Assembly (NCBI GenBank): GCA_008690995.1
Contig: VRMN01000012.1
Span: forward strand, 1-64,000
Length of the DNA: 64,000 nt
Reading direction: 5' to 3'
Source: Porphyridium purpureum
Taxonomy: Eukaryota
How positions within the stretch are numbered: position 1 is the stretch's first letter; every line of letters begins with the position of its first letter. This document shows, one piece after another, positions 30,386-41,480 of this stretch. The translations under genes and the position numbers were made by a program. Below the pieces are notes generated by a model, which worked only from the letters and a program-made list of their open reading frames with translations, did not search any database and was not told the origin of the DNA.

Positions 30386-31540
30386 TTATTGGCAGCAGCT
30401 GCAAGACTTCCAGCTGGCGGCGGCGATCAGCAGGATCAAGAAAAAGCACGCAATCGATGTCACAATCACCACAAGCGTATACGTGTTCTCGAGATCTTCG
30501 TTGATCGGGCCAGAGCAGCCGAACTCGACCTCCTGGCGCTCCCACAGCTCGCACTGGCGGAAGTTGAAGTTGTTCTCGTCCACCGCCTCAAAGCAGGCAT
30601 CGCACTGGCTGATCGAACGCCCGGGGCTCTCTGGGCTCGTGTTCTCGACACCGCAAAACGAGGCGCACAGCGCACCTGGGCAATTTGAAAGGCGTGTGTC
30701 GGATGACGGCAGGCAGTCAAAGGCATTGAAACCGGCGCACACATTGCGGAACTCCTGCTCGCAGTTGTATTGCGGGTTGAGCTGCACGTTATCGGTCCAC
30801 ACATTCTGACTGAATCCGTCGCCACCCTTGGTGAGCCCCAGGCCGACGCCCGCGAGGATGCAGATGGCTAGCAGCACCAACAAGGTCAGGATCATGAAGG
30901 ACTGATAAATAAAGTACATGCAGCGGATAAAACGGAACATGCCTCCGGTCGCCATATGCTTCGACAGGAAGCAGCCCAAGACCGAGAAAAAAATGAGGAT
31001 TGAGCCAAAGACGATCGCGAGGATGGCAAACACAATCGGAGACGACGTGACGACACCTTCGACATTGGAGAACCCAGACAACTGCGCGTTTCCTCCACGC
31101 ACAATGTACACACCGACGCCGAGGATCACACCGCCCATACACATGGTGATGATGTTCAGAATGATGATCACGGTCATGAGCGGGTACACGCTGGTCATAA
31201 AGCTCTTACAGCACCCGGCGTCCTTATCGTACCCATCGTCGCCATACTCATCGCCCATGTACTCGCCGTCCGCATCGCGCGCTTGCGTGTTATCCTCCTC
31301 GGCCAGGAAGAAGTTGCCCTCGGGATCGTAGACGCCGCCCTTTCCGTCGTGATAGTTCCCTTGCTCATCATAGAACCCGCCATACTCATCGTACTCCTGC
31401 TGCGGCGCGCCGTGCGTCTCTACCACAGTCTCCGCCATGACGCCCTGGTCATCCACCGGGTCCGCAAACACGCCTTCCTCCTGCGCGGCGCCGTCCATCT
31501 CCGCCGCCCGCGCACGCTCCATCGCCGTCGGACTCTCCAT
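30386..31540 (-). CDS. Tetraspanin-like four-TM protein
   Basis: Three N-terminal TMs, a Cys-rich large loop (CEQEFRNVCAGF...GC), a fourth TM and a Cys-rich tail (SCSCCQ). Start ATG inferred at MESPTA. Confidence 0.8.
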   Translation of the reverse strand: MESPTAMERARAAEMDGAAQEEGVFADPVDDQGVMAETVVETHGAPQQEYDEYGGFYDEQGNYHDGKGGVYDPEGNFFLAEEDNTQARDADGEYMGDEYGDDGYDKDAGCCKSFMTSVYPLMTVIIILNIITMCMGGVILGVGVYIVRGGNAQLSGFSNVEGVVTSSPIVFAILAIVFGSILIFFSVLGCFLSKHMATGGMFRFIRCMYFIYQSFMILTLLVLLAICILAGVGLGLTKGGDGFSQNVWTDNVQLNPQYNCEQEFRNVCAGFNAFDCLPSSDTRLSNCPGALCASFCGVENTSPESPGRSISQCDACFEAVDENNFNFRQCELWERQEVEFGCSGPINEDLENTYTLVVIVTSIACFFLILLIAAASWKSCSCCQ

Positions 31541-33030
31541 CCCACTCCCCTCCTCTCCCACCCACACACCCACCCTTCCCTTTCCCCTTCTCTCTCTCTC
31601 CCTCCCTCCCGCTCTTCTCTCCCCAAACACGTGCCGGCTCCGCCTCCTTGTTTTGTCTTCCTGTTTCAAATCACAAGAGTCTAGTAAAACAACACCAAAC
31701 AATCACAAACCATAGTTCCGTCCGTGCTTCTCCCCCCTCGTTTGTCCTCTTATTCTCTTTCCCCTATTCAGTCATATACACACTTGTACCTACCAAAACG
31801 AACACGCAACTGCGACGCGTGCGCGCGCGCGTGTCTCTCTATGCAAACACACGCATTTACCTACACAAAAGTACAGTAGGTCACTGTACATAAGTGTCTT
31901 CCCCCCCTCCCCCCCCCTTCCCCTACTTTGGTCATAAACCTATATAAATTGACTCACACTGTGCTATTACGACTCTATGTGCGCAAGCTTACTGAATCAC
32001 ATAGGCGCTCCAGCGCACTACTGGGTGTTGTGGAAGAGCGTATGTGTGATTTTGGGGGTGGGGGGCATGATGTCCATCAGGAGTGGTGGTTCTGGTGATA
32101 ACTACGGTGGTGCCGGTCTATTAATAGATGGTGTGCTAGCGCCTTGTGGCGAAACGTGTTGGCTGCCGTGAAAGGCAAGGAATACGTGATTTGTGTGATT
32201 TTTTTGATTTTGTGATTCTTGTGATTCTTGTGATTTTTATGATTCTTTTGGTGTTTGTGGTGATTAGAAGGATGGTGTGAGTTTGGGGTGGTTGCTATGA
32301 GGAGTGAGCGAGCGTGTGTGTGTGTGGCTAAAGTTAGAATGCTAGGGTTGTTTGGGATGGTGAGTTGGGAGGTGAGGAGGCGTAGGGGTTGCGGGTGGAG
32401 GATCGGAGGAGGATCGTGCTGGTAGGGTGTGGCAGGGCGATGGATTTGCGAGTCGGTGGGTCGTCGGCATGCGCAAGAAATGTGTGTGTGTGTGTCAGGT
32501 AGTTTGTCAGTCGGGTATGGGGGTTCAGCCGCGCAGTCCAGCAGGCAAGCCTGTCAAGGCACCCGGTCAGGTAGATGGGTAGGAGGTTGGGCTCGGCGTT
32601 CGCTGTGCGTGGATGTGAGAGAAATGTTCGTGGTATCGCGCTTACCTCACGCGGAGCAAGCAGGGGATATATACTGTTTTGGTCACGGGCTGGTACGACG
32701 CGGCACGACGGAACTGGGGCTTTGCGTTGCTTCGTGGACCACGGCGCTGGACCTCGGCTAGTAGGATAGACCGGCAGGAAGCGTGACGGTGTGAGGACAC
32801 AAGGAATACGCCGCAAGCTCGACTTGTCCGCAGCTTCAGTGCTGCATAAGTCGCGCGTGGTGCGTGGTGCTGCTCGTGCGCCACACGCAGCGGTCCTGCC
32901 TTGGCGTTGCGGTACAGCGACTACGCTGAACGACCGCTGTACTCTCGCTTGTGACAGACGCACGACGCGGGCTGTCGCGACGTGACGAGCGGCGCGGGCG
33001 CGCATTCCCAGGAGCAAGGCGTATGAAGAA

Positions 33031-33552
33031 ATGTTTGACGTGAGCCAGTTGCGGTTTGGCTCGGTGACAGACGCGGATCTGCCGCGGATCAAGGCGCTCG
33101 AAGCCGCGTCGTATCCTGCAGATGAGGCCGCGAGTGAAGAGCGTCTGGAATTCCGCTTGCGCGCCGCGCCGCAATGGTTTCGCAAGGCCGAGTGGGTTAG
33201 TGACGAGCCTGGCGTCGCGCCGAGGTTGATCGGGTATGTCGTAGGCACGCAGAGCGCGGGGGAGTTGACTGAAGCGTCTATGGCGTCGCATGATCCGATC
33301 GGGGATTTGCTGTGTGTTCACTCGGTCGTGGTGGACGCCACGTTTCGACGGCAGGGCGTTGCATCCATGATGCTCATCGATTATATCGCATACATTCGCA
33401 GTATCAGTTACAGCAGCACAGTACAGAAGGTCGTGCTCATTGCCAAGGCAGACAAATGTGCGCTGTACGAAAAGTGCGGCTTCACGTTTGTACGCGAGTC
33501 TCCGGTCGTGCACGGCGTCGACCGGTGGAACGAGCTGGAGCTACGGATCTAA
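33031..33552 (+). CDS. GNAT acetyltransferase, arylalkylamine/polyamine N-acetyltransferase (AANAT/PAA1-like)
   Basis: LEAASYPADEAAS.E, LCVHSVVV...RRQGVA, LIAK..LYEKCGF. Confidence 0.9.
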   Translation: MFDVSQLRFGSVTDADLPRIKALEAASYPADEAASEERLEFRLRAAPQWFRKAEWVSDEPGVAPRLIGYVVGTQSAGELTEASMASHDPIGDLLCVHSVVVDATFRRQGVASMMLIDYIAYIRSISYSSTVQKVVLIAKADKCALYEKCGFTFVRESPVVHGVDRWNELELRI

Positions 33553-33695
33553 CTCGGCCGCGGGCGTGTGATGTCAAGCTCCCTGTTTGAGAGAATCCAG
33601 ATCTGAAACGTTCTGTCTTTCCAAGTATCTGCCTTTTTATTGTATTCCCACAATTTCATTCTTTTCTTCACAGCATCGCAGCGCAATCTTTCCAC

Positions 33696-36600
33696 TCACG
33701 ATCCTTGCTCGTCAACGTCCTTGGTAATCTTAACCTCGCCGACTTGCGCTTCAGCTTCAGCCGCCTGCTTCTTCTCTTCAGCCCGCATGCGCTCGTATCT
33801 TGCCATGTCCAGCAAGAACACACGCAAAAAGACGATGAGCCCAGCGACGCCGCCCATACCGTACCACCACCACGGTGTCATCCAAGCAAGCTGCAAGATC
33901 ATTGGCAAAAACGGGAACGGCAGCAGATACGTCGCGAGCTGCCATTGCAAGTTATTCACCAGAGACATAATCTGGTAATTGAAAAACGGCGCGGGGTTCG
34001 TCAGACTGAACGGCACCGGCCGGAACGGATAGGGCAGAATATAGTCTTCGTCCTGGTTTAGCTTCCAGCTGTCGGTACCATAACCGCACTTCTTCAAACC
34101 CACTTGAGACTCCGGAAGCACTTCGATGGCAAGCTCGACGCGTGTGTCAATCTGCGGGTAGCTTGGGTGGCTCAGAATTACCCATTGGCGTTTCTTCAGC
34201 GTCAGTTCGTTGCTCTGCAGGAGCTCATCAAACAGCGTACGCAACTTGACGTCGCCCGATGCGCAAAGATCATCAGAGCCTAATCCAAAGCCAGTGTTAT
34301 CAAACACCTGCACTTTCAGACGAGGCTTTAGCTCCGTGTCCGGCAGCTCAAGCCACCACGACATGCGCCAATTCCACTGCCCCTTTCCGTCGACCACGAA
34401 GCGGCAGAGGTCTGTCTTGCGGAAGCCCGAGCTCTCGTTTCCTACTTTGCATGCAACGTACAGGTTACTCATGTAGTTGGGGTTGTCACTTCTTATGTAC
34501 GGCAAGTACGCGTCCATCACCTTAAAGATAACCACCCGCATCAAAAACTTCTTCTTCTCTGGCGCTGGTAACTTGAACGGCAAAAAGCTGTGCGGACGGG
34601 CGTCGTAGTCGCGCGCCGCAATCATGTCTATGAATAGCTCCAACTTGCCCTTCAGGTTCACGTTACCTGCGCGCCACAGCGAGCGTGCCTCAATCGGTGT
34701 TATCTTCAGGTTGCGCCATTGCGGGTTGTACCAGCGCTGGTCGAGATCAATCTCGGTATCGCCAATGAGCTCAGACCAGCCCAGCCCAAAGTATCCAGCG
34801 TCGAGCGGAACTTCTGATTTGGCAAGGCCAAACTTGCTGCCGGAGGGCCCGCGCACAAACCACGGGTACTGTATAGAGATTTCTGTTTTGGGCAGCACAC
34901 GATCTTTCACTTCAAGCCGAATTTGCGCGGACGGCAACATGACTCGACTTTCAAACATGGTGAAGAAGGTCGGGTTGTCGGTGTTCAGCACCGGCGAGTA
35001 CTTCATCGAATACTTGTTCGGGTAACCACCGAAAAACTTGGCCACCAGGTAAGGGTTGCAGACATTGTGCGTTTGCTCGAGGTTGAGCGCGCGCAACACA
35101 TAGACACGTACCACCACCTCAGTTGGCCGAAGTGCGCGCCCAAACGAGCGGAAGCTCGAGAGCCGCGCCATTTCGAGACGCAGCTTTTCGTCCGTCACGC
35201 CCTTCAGCCCGCCTTCTGGGTCCTCATCCAAATTCACGAGGTCCATGCGGAGCTTCGCTTTACCAATCACCGGACGCTTACCCTCCAGAAGCGCGAGCCG
35301 CTTCTCCTGAATAATCAATTCACGCTCTCCGACACCTTCGGCCACTTCGTCCTTGACGTCGACGTGCTTTGCACGAAGTGCATCACCTGTGATCGCCCCG
35401 AGGGAGCGCGTGTCGCCGCGCGTAAGCGCAAGCTCGCCAAATATACTTCCAGGTAAATCAAATTCGAGATCGTCCGGACAGAAGCCGCGCTCGCGACGTA
35501 AGAGGGCTGTGCTCTCAGAGCTTACCGCCAGTTCCTCCTCTTCCAATTTCTTCGCCATGAGCAATGGTTCTTCGTGCGACTCGGGTAGACCCAACTTGAG
35601 CGCAACGTCAGGCATCGCGCTGCTGATCGCGTCGTTGACATTATAGAGCGACGCGCGGACTTGGGCCATCACAATGGCCATCTGCTTTTGCATCTCCGCC
35701 AGCTTCTTAGAAAGCTCGATCATTTTCTTCTGCTTCTCCGTCAGGATTTCCTCGTGATACCCAACACGTAACCATGGCGCTTTCTTCGCTGCTCCAGACA
35801 CGACCGGTGGCGTCCCCATCACGTTGGTCTCTTTTCCTCCACTGCTGGCGTTGTTCAACGCCTCATTCTCAGCTGAGGTATCCAGTTGACTGATTCGGCT
35901 TGCGGAACGCGAAAAGTGATTCAATAGCCTGTCCACGTCTTCCTCCGGAATATCGTCCTCCTCATCCTCCAGACCATGGTTGCGGTCCACGCGGGCATTG
36001 AAGTTGAGTTCACGTGAGAAGACGGCATGTGGAATATCTTCCACTGATATGCGCGCAAAATAATGGTACTTCTGAACCAGGTACCGAGGCACGGGATCGT
36101 CCATCCCGTACTTGTCCATGGCCAAATCCTTGTACGTCTTTTCCTGCCGTCGAAGCATCGGAACATAACCCGCAAGGTCAATTGAAGTCGTCCCAATCAA
36201 GTGCGAGTCGTTTCCAGGCTTCATGTAAGGAAAAGTGCCCTTGCAAAACACATTGAGCGATTCGGCGTAACGGCGCCCCTGCTCTGGCATCCCAACACGT
36301 AGAAACACCACATCAAGAATCGATACGTTCGCTTCAAACTCGCGATCAAGGAGAAGATTGCCTGACCGCGTCACCTGTGGCATTGGCTCTTCACGCGTCA
36401 CTGTCATTTCAAGATGCACTTTGCCTGCTGCCGGACGCAGAAAGCGTAAATCTTCAACACCAAGCACCGACAGCCTTAAATAGCGGTTCGTGCGTCGTGG
36501 TAACTCGCATTCGCCCCCCACGCGAGCCGCCAACTTTGTGTCCAATGACTGATAGAGGTTGCCAGACTCGGCTTGTCTGTCGTTCGGCGACTGTGCAACT

Positions 36601-39600
36601 TCTTGCTGTGGCGGTTCCTGCTCTTGAATCTCCTCTTCTTCCAATCCAAGCTGCGCCTGGAGCTGAAAATCTGCAAGAATCTCCCCATTTTGGTACTCGG
36701 GGCTCGCGGAAAATACTGGATACCATCGCGCGGTGCGAAAATCAACCGGATCCTCTTCGATATCCGAAATATTGATCATGGCGCGTCCCAAGTAGTCAAA
36801 GTTGAGATCTTCATTATAGTCCTTGACCATAACGTTGACGTTGGGAAAACGCTGTCCTTCCCGAACCATAATGTTCTTCACCACGATGAACGCATCCCAC
36901 ACGGGGTTCTTCGTCTGCTCGCAGTATATTTTCCAATCAACAGTACGGTTGCCCACTGAGATAGTGAAAAGCGGGTCCGACAGACCAGATGCATCAGCGG
37001 CGGGCAGGTCGCGCCCCTTGAGAACAAGAGCGCGTAAGGTGTAGTACTTTTCCACACCTAGCCTCGGTGTAAAGTAGCCCGTACGTTCTACTGCGTCGAT
37101 CCGCTGGCGAATGCTCGCCAAACGCATTTCGCGCGCAAGCTTGCTGGCAGCAGCGAGCCGCGCAGCCTCATCTGCATCGTCCTCGAGTGTCAAGCCAGTT
37201 GGTCCTCGTGTCGGTCCGGCGGTGGCTACCGTACTGGCCGCGTCCTCCGTGCCCGCAGCCATTCCGGCCGCCACCACCGCAGCAGACACAATCGCCGACT
37301 GCGTCTTCTCAGACGAAGAAGTTCCGGTGCCATTTGCAGATGGTGCTGCCGCCGAAGGAGGCGGCATATTCGCAGTACCGACCTGAACCTGCGGCCCAAC
37401 CGTGCCCGCCATGTCGCCGACCGCGGGGTTCGAGCCAGCCACGGCCGTTCCGACTGTGCTTTCCGTAATCGTGGCGTCCACCTCTTCCTGCTGAGCACGC
37501 TTGTATTCGACGTACTCTTCGATGGAGATATCCATGCGAGAAATCTGCGCGTTAATCAGCAAACTGCCCGGCACACTGCCCTCATTTCCTAGGGAATCAC
37601 CAGGGAAGTCCATGAACATCCACTTCGGTTCAGGCTGCTTCAAGATCATATGAGCGACGGGAATCCTCAAGTACGCAAACACGGTCCACTCGCCATCGGC
37701 TCCCTCGCCACTTTCTCCTCCACTTTCGCTCATCAATCCAATACCACCTCCACCAGCTCCAGCCCCGAATCCACCGCCGGCTCTCAAACCTGCTCCGCTT
37801 GCAGCACCACCTTCCTTGCCTGTAGTGTTCGAGCCGCCTGACGGTTCGCCATTATCGTCGCGCTTCAGCAGCATGACGAACAAGTCCGGCACCTGGTCAA
37901 TATCCTCGGGGAATTGCAAAAACGTCGCGCGGAGTAAGCTGTTCTCGTCCCAGTCACAACACTTATTACGCACTGGCACGCGAGGAAACTTGTGCCCAAA
38001 CTCGTAGATACCCAGCTTGGCCTGTACACCTACCAGCTTGCCTACTAGCGGCAGCTCGGTCGCGCGACTGATCTGCAGCTCGAAAGAGTACAGGGCCGTG
38101 CGCGGGCGTGTGGGTGGCGCGCAAGGCCGAGAAAACGGCTTGCGCACGCTGCCACGCTTTGCTGCCGCACCAACAAGTAAGCGCCCCCGAAAAGCCACTT
38201 GCTTCGCTTCAGTATCCAGCATGCCGTGCTGGTTCCCGTAAAAGTTGTACCAGCGTGGTTCCAGCATGGCGACCGTCTCAATGCGGTCACCAGGCGTCTC
38301 GCCGTCATCCGGGTTGCCACGCACCACCGCCTCAAACCTGCCTTCGAGAAGTTCTTGCATGTGCAGGTCGACCTCGCCTACTAACTTGTTCTCGGTTACG
38401 CTGCTCTGCGTTCGATGCATGAGCTTGATACGTACGGCGTCGACGGTGATAGCTCCATTTATGACAGACAGCGGGAGCAAAAACTCCTCATTGACAATGA
38501 TGGCACGATTGACGTCAACGCGGCAAGCATCGCCGAGAAGCTCGTCTGCAATTGGCCGCGCGGCGCCAATAAATGTCTGCGAGATCAACTGAGCAAAGCC
38601 CGTTATTTCCACCATGAGAAAACCGCGCACCACATCTCGCGAGGTGAAGTCGTTGGCCATGCGCGCAATCATGTCTGCCCAGCCCACGGTCACGTGGACA
38701 ACAAAGCTTTTCACCGCGAACGATGGTGCTTTCACCACTTGATTCTTCAGCAGAACAGCGGTTGAAAATTCCTCGCGGTCTTCGTACTCAGCGTGTAGTA
38801 CAGGGATGGAACCACCGGGCGCAAGCACGCTGACAGACAATTTCAAATAGCCCTGAGCCTTGCTGCCCTTCTCAGGATGGTACACTGCAAACCATTGCCT
38901 GTATATTTCTTGATTCGGCAGGCGATAAATGTTTGAGACATCAAAGAAAATTTGCCCGATGAGTTTTGGGGACGACATAAAATTCCAGTCAAAGACTGAA
39001 AGCTTGGCCTTGGCTTCCTCTAGTTCAGAACCTGTCAGCGCCTGATTGAACACAAGCATCTCATCCACCACGCAAGACAGTGTCTGGCGGAACATGTTGG
39101 TGGTCTTGGTCGTCTTAAATGCCTCGACCTCCACATACGGATCCGAGGAGCCCGTGTCGTCCGCCGCGCTCAATGCGCGCATTTCAAAGATATGAATACG
39201 CAGAGACCAATCCCCAGAAGGCAGCGAAGACACCCTCTCGCGGTAACTATAGCTCGAATGATGTACGACGGTCACCGACGTTTTGACAAACGCCACTGCG
39301 CAATGGTAGTCCTCAAAGCCTTCCACGAAGAAAGGAATGCGCGCGTCGCTGTAGATCATTTTACCACGCTGCCTTGTCATGCCGCAGCCAAGTCGCTTTG
39401 CTGAAATGTTTGCATGGCCGATGCAGATCGCATGGTCGCCTCGCGCTTCGTCGTCCTTGAGGAAACGTGTCTTACCATCCGAGCTGTATAGCGGTAAGAC
39501 TTTGCGTCCCATCAGACGGAGCGTAATGCATGTGTCGTTATAGTTATCCTGCAAGTTTGGCAATTCTCGAGCCGGAAAGTACGACATGCGCACCTCCTGC

Positions 39601-41480
39601 GTAATGCGGAAAGTGTTATCATCAGGGTTCATGTTTGCCGTGCCGTAGTGAATGCCCTTGTCACCCTTCGGAAAGAGCTCCAAGTCCCGCGGGGCGAGCG
39701 TCTCGACAACCATGTCATCCACCACCCAATCAATCCACACCGACTTGAATTTGGGATTCCAAATGTCGCGCAGCGATTCAAATGCAATCGACACGAGAAA
39801 GTAATTCTCATACTCGTCGTACTCTTCCTCGTCCTTGCGATCCTCGAATGGAAGCACTTCGGCGACCAGTTCATCGTGTCGTAGCCCCTTGCGCTTGGCC
39901 ACGAACGCACGAAGCAGGCTGTAACCAGCCTTGGACTTGAATAGATCGTCCAACTTGACCAGCAATGGGTAAACGTCCCGGAAAAACTTTTCGTTCACCA
40001 CGCGCATGATATCGTCCTCATGCTTCTTCCACTGCTCGTGTATCTTGTCCTGCAACTCCAGAAAGGCCCGATCAACTTGCAGGATGACGGGACGCAGCGC
40101 CGAGTCTCGAAGGGCACCCCAGCTGGCAAGCACGCCGACCATGGCACCAAAAAAAAGCATCAGCCAGACCCTCCAGGGAAGTAGAAACAGAACCCACACG
40201 CCAACCGCATAGAGTGGCGGCAGAACAAACGACATCACAGTCCAGGTGTACATGATGCCGAGTGGCGCAACAGGCGCACCCATAAGCAGCCACGGGGTGT
40301 TCAGAGGCGAGTCGACCACGTTGGCGCCCTTCAAGCGTTCCGCTTCAATTTGGGCTGTCACGTCGTCAATCTCCGTGCCAATCAAGTCGACCTTCTTTTC
40401 CGTATCCACGGGATCCGGTAGCACGCCGAGCTCTTCTGCCTCCTTCCCTTGCAGCTTTCTACTCAGTTCCCCCCCTTCGCCGCCTTTCACTTTCGAGGTC
40501 AGGTCGTCAGCTTTCTCACCGGCTGTTTCAAATATATTCTTGAACGCTACGCCAATGTCTTCTAGCTTGGATTGTACGTTCTTACGCACCTTTTGCTGGG
40601 AGCGATACGACGCAGACGCCTTTGCCTTTTGACTTTGCCGCGCGGCATGGCTCGACTGTTCCGTACTGCTGGTCTGAATATTAAGTAGCCGGTTGATTTC
40701 CGCCGGCTCGTCCTCGTAAATTGCCACAATGGGGTCGCGCATCACCTTCTCCCTTGCAGATTCGCGCCGGCTCGACGCGATTGCTTCGAACGCCCCCGAA
40801 TGCGTTCCAGCCACGGGAGGAGGAACCGTGACTGTTTCTGTCATCTGAGCTGGCGATTCTGCTTTCGCGGCAGCGCCCTCGGCGGCGACCGAGCCAACAT
40901 TCGAATTGCCCGATCGCGTTATGCCGCCCGGCGCACCGGCGGCGGTATTGTTGATCCCGGACAGGCGATCTTCCAGCGCGGGTGCCAGTCTGATCGAATC
41001 ATGATCGTGGTCGTTTACGGTCGCATGTGTCGCGCTTTCGTTCTCGGCGCCGGCTTCCGCGATCCTGCTTGTCTTTGAAGCCCCTGGCGCAGGCGCTACC
41101 ACTGGAACGATTTCGGAGGTCGGCTCAGAAGCGGCGGTCGTCCGCGGCGGTAGCGTTTGTGGCGGCGGTGGCGGTGCAGCCTGCGCAGCAGGCACAGCAG
41201 GCGAGGCAGGGACAGCAGGCGCGCAGGCGAGGCAGGCAAGACACCCGGCAAAGCATGCGGCAACGGAGGCGACAAAGCGCCCGACCTGCTTGCGCCGCGG
41301 AGGCTGCGCAGGCGGTGGTGGTGGCGCCGGTCGCGATTCCGCCGCACTGCTTCCCTGCGCTACCGGCGGCGGCGGCGGCGGCGCTGGCGGCGATCCCGAT
41401 CCCGCCTGCTCGCCCTGATTCCTCGCACCCTCCATCTTCGGCGGTGGCGGCGGCGGTGGCGGCCGCTTTGTCGCCTCCAT
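33696..41480 (-). CDS. Ferlin-like multi-C2-domain membrane protein (about 2594 aa, single exon)
   Basis: Several C2 domains (DTGSSDPYV, GYLKLSVSVLAPG, DLPAADASGLSDP, VRVYVLRA, IGDTEIDLDQRW, GKLELFIDM). C-terminal TM region. Confidence 0.9.
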   Translation of the reverse strand: MEATKRPPPPPPPPKMEGARNQGEQAGSGSPPAPPPPPPVAQGSSAAESRPAPPPPPAQPPRRKQVGRFVASVAACFAGCLACLACAPAVPASPAVPAAQAAPPPPPQTLPPRTTAASEPTSEIVPVVAPAPGASKTSRIAEAGAENESATHATVNDHDHDSIRLAPALEDRLSGINNTAAGAPGGITRSGNSNVGSVAAEGAAAKAESPAQMTETVTVPPPVAGTHSGAFEAIASSRRESAREKVMRDPIVAIYEDEPAEINRLLNIQTSSTEQSSHAARQSQKAKASASYRSQQKVRKNVQSKLEDIGVAFKNIFETAGEKADDLTSKVKGGEGGELSRKLQGKEAEELGVLPDPVDTEKKVDLIGTEIDDVTAQIEAERLKGANVVDSPLNTPWLLMGAPVAPLGIMYTWTVMSFVLPPLYAVGVWVLFLLPWRVWLMLFFGAMVGVLASWGALRDSALRPVILQVDRAFLELQDKIHEQWKKHEDDIMRVVNEKFFRDVYPLLVKLDDLFKSKAGYSLLRAFVAKRKGLRHDELVAEVLPFEDRKDEEEYDEYENYFLVSIAFESLRDIWNPKFKSVWIDWVVDDMVVETLAPRDLELFPKGDKGIHYGTANMNPDDNTFRITQEVRMSYFPARELPNLQDNYNDTCITLRLMGRKVLPLYSSDGKTRFLKDDEARGDHAICIGHANISAKRLGCGMTRQRGKMIYSDARIPFFVEGFEDYHCAVAFVKTSVTVVHHSSYSYRERVSSLPSGDWSLRIHIFEMRALSAADDTGSSDPYVEVEAFKTTKTTNMFRQTLSCVVDEMLVFNQALTGSELEEAKAKLSVFDWNFMSSPKLIGQIFFDVSNIYRLPNQEIYRQWFAVYHPEKGSKAQGYLKLSVSVLAPGGSIPVLHAEYEDREEFSTAVLLKNQVVKAPSFAVKSFVVHVTVGWADMIARMANDFTSRDVVRGFLMVEITGFAQLISQTFIGAARPIADELLGDACRVDVNRAIIVNEEFLLPLSVINGAITVDAVRIKLMHRTQSSVTENKLVGEVDLHMQELLEGRFEAVVRGNPDDGETPGDRIETVAMLEPRWYNFYGNQHGMLDTEAKQVAFRGRLLVGAAAKRGSVRKPFSRPCAPPTRPRTALYSFELQISRATELPLVGKLVGVQAKLGIYEFGHKFPRVPVRNKCCDWDENSLLRATFLQFPEDIDQVPDLFVMLLKRDDNGEPSGGSNTTGKEGGAASGAGLRAGGGFGAGAGGGGIGLMSESGGESGEGADGEWTVFAYLRIPVAHMILKQPEPKWMFMDFPGDSLGNEGSVPGSLLINAQISRMDISIEEYVEYKRAQQEEVDATITESTVGTAVAGSNPAVGDMAGTVGPQVQVGTANMPPPSAAAPSANGTGTSSSEKTQSAIVSAAVVAAGMAAGTEDAASTVATAGPTRGPTGLTLEDDADEAARLAAASKLAREMRLASIRQRIDAVERTGYFTPRLGVEKYYTLRALVLKGRDLPAADASGLSDPLFTISVGNRTVDWKIYCEQTKNPVWDAFIVVKNIMVREGQRFPNVNVMVKDYNEDLNFDYLGRAMINISDIEEDPVDFRTARWYPVFSASPEYQNGEILADFQLQAQLGLEEEEIQEQEPPQQEVAQSPNDRQAESGNLYQSLDTKLAARVGGECELPRRTNRYLRLSVLGVEDLRFLRPAAGKVHLEMTVTREEPMPQVTRSGNLLLDREFEANVSILDVVFLRVGMPEQGRRYAESLNVFCKGTFPYMKPGNDSHLIGTTSIDLAGYVPMLRRQEKTYKDLAMDKYGMDDPVPRYLVQKYHYFARISVEDIPHAVFSRELNFNARVDRNHGLEDEEDDIPEEDVDRLLNHFSRSASRISQLDTSAENEALNNASSGGKETNVMGTPPVVSGAAKKAPWLRVGYHEEILTEKQKKMIELSKKLAEMQKQMAIVMAQVRASLYNVNDAISSAMPDVALKLGLPESHEEPLLMAKKLEEEELAVSSESTALLRRERGFCPDDLEFDLPGSIFGELALTRGDTRSLGAITGDALRAKHVDVKDEVAEGVGERELIIQEKRLALLEGKRPVIGKAKLRMDLVNLDEDPEGGLKGVTDEKLRLEMARLSSFRSFGRALRPTEVVVRVYVLRALNLEQTHNVCNPYLVAKFFGGYPNKYSMKYSPVLNTDNPTFFTMFESRVMLPSAQIRLEVKDRVLPKTEISIQYPWFVRGPSGSKFGLAKSEVPLDAGYFGLGWSELIGDTEIDLDQRWYNPQWRNLKITPIEARSLWRAGNVNLKGKLELFIDMIAARDYDARPHSFLPFKLPAPEKKKFLMRVVIFKVMDAYLPYIRSDNPNYMSNLYVACKVGNESSGFRKTDLCRFVVDGKGQWNWRMSWWLELPDTELKPRLKVQVFDNTGFGLGSDDLCASGDVKLRTLFDELLQSNELTLKKRQWVILSHPSYPQIDTRVELAIEVLPESQVGLKKCGYGTDSWKLNQDEDYILPYPFRPVPFSLTNPAPFFNYQIMSLVNNLQWQLATYLLPFPFLPMILQLAWMTPWWWYGMGGVAGLIVFLRVFLLDMARYERMRAEEKKQAAEAEAQVGEVKITKDVDEQGS

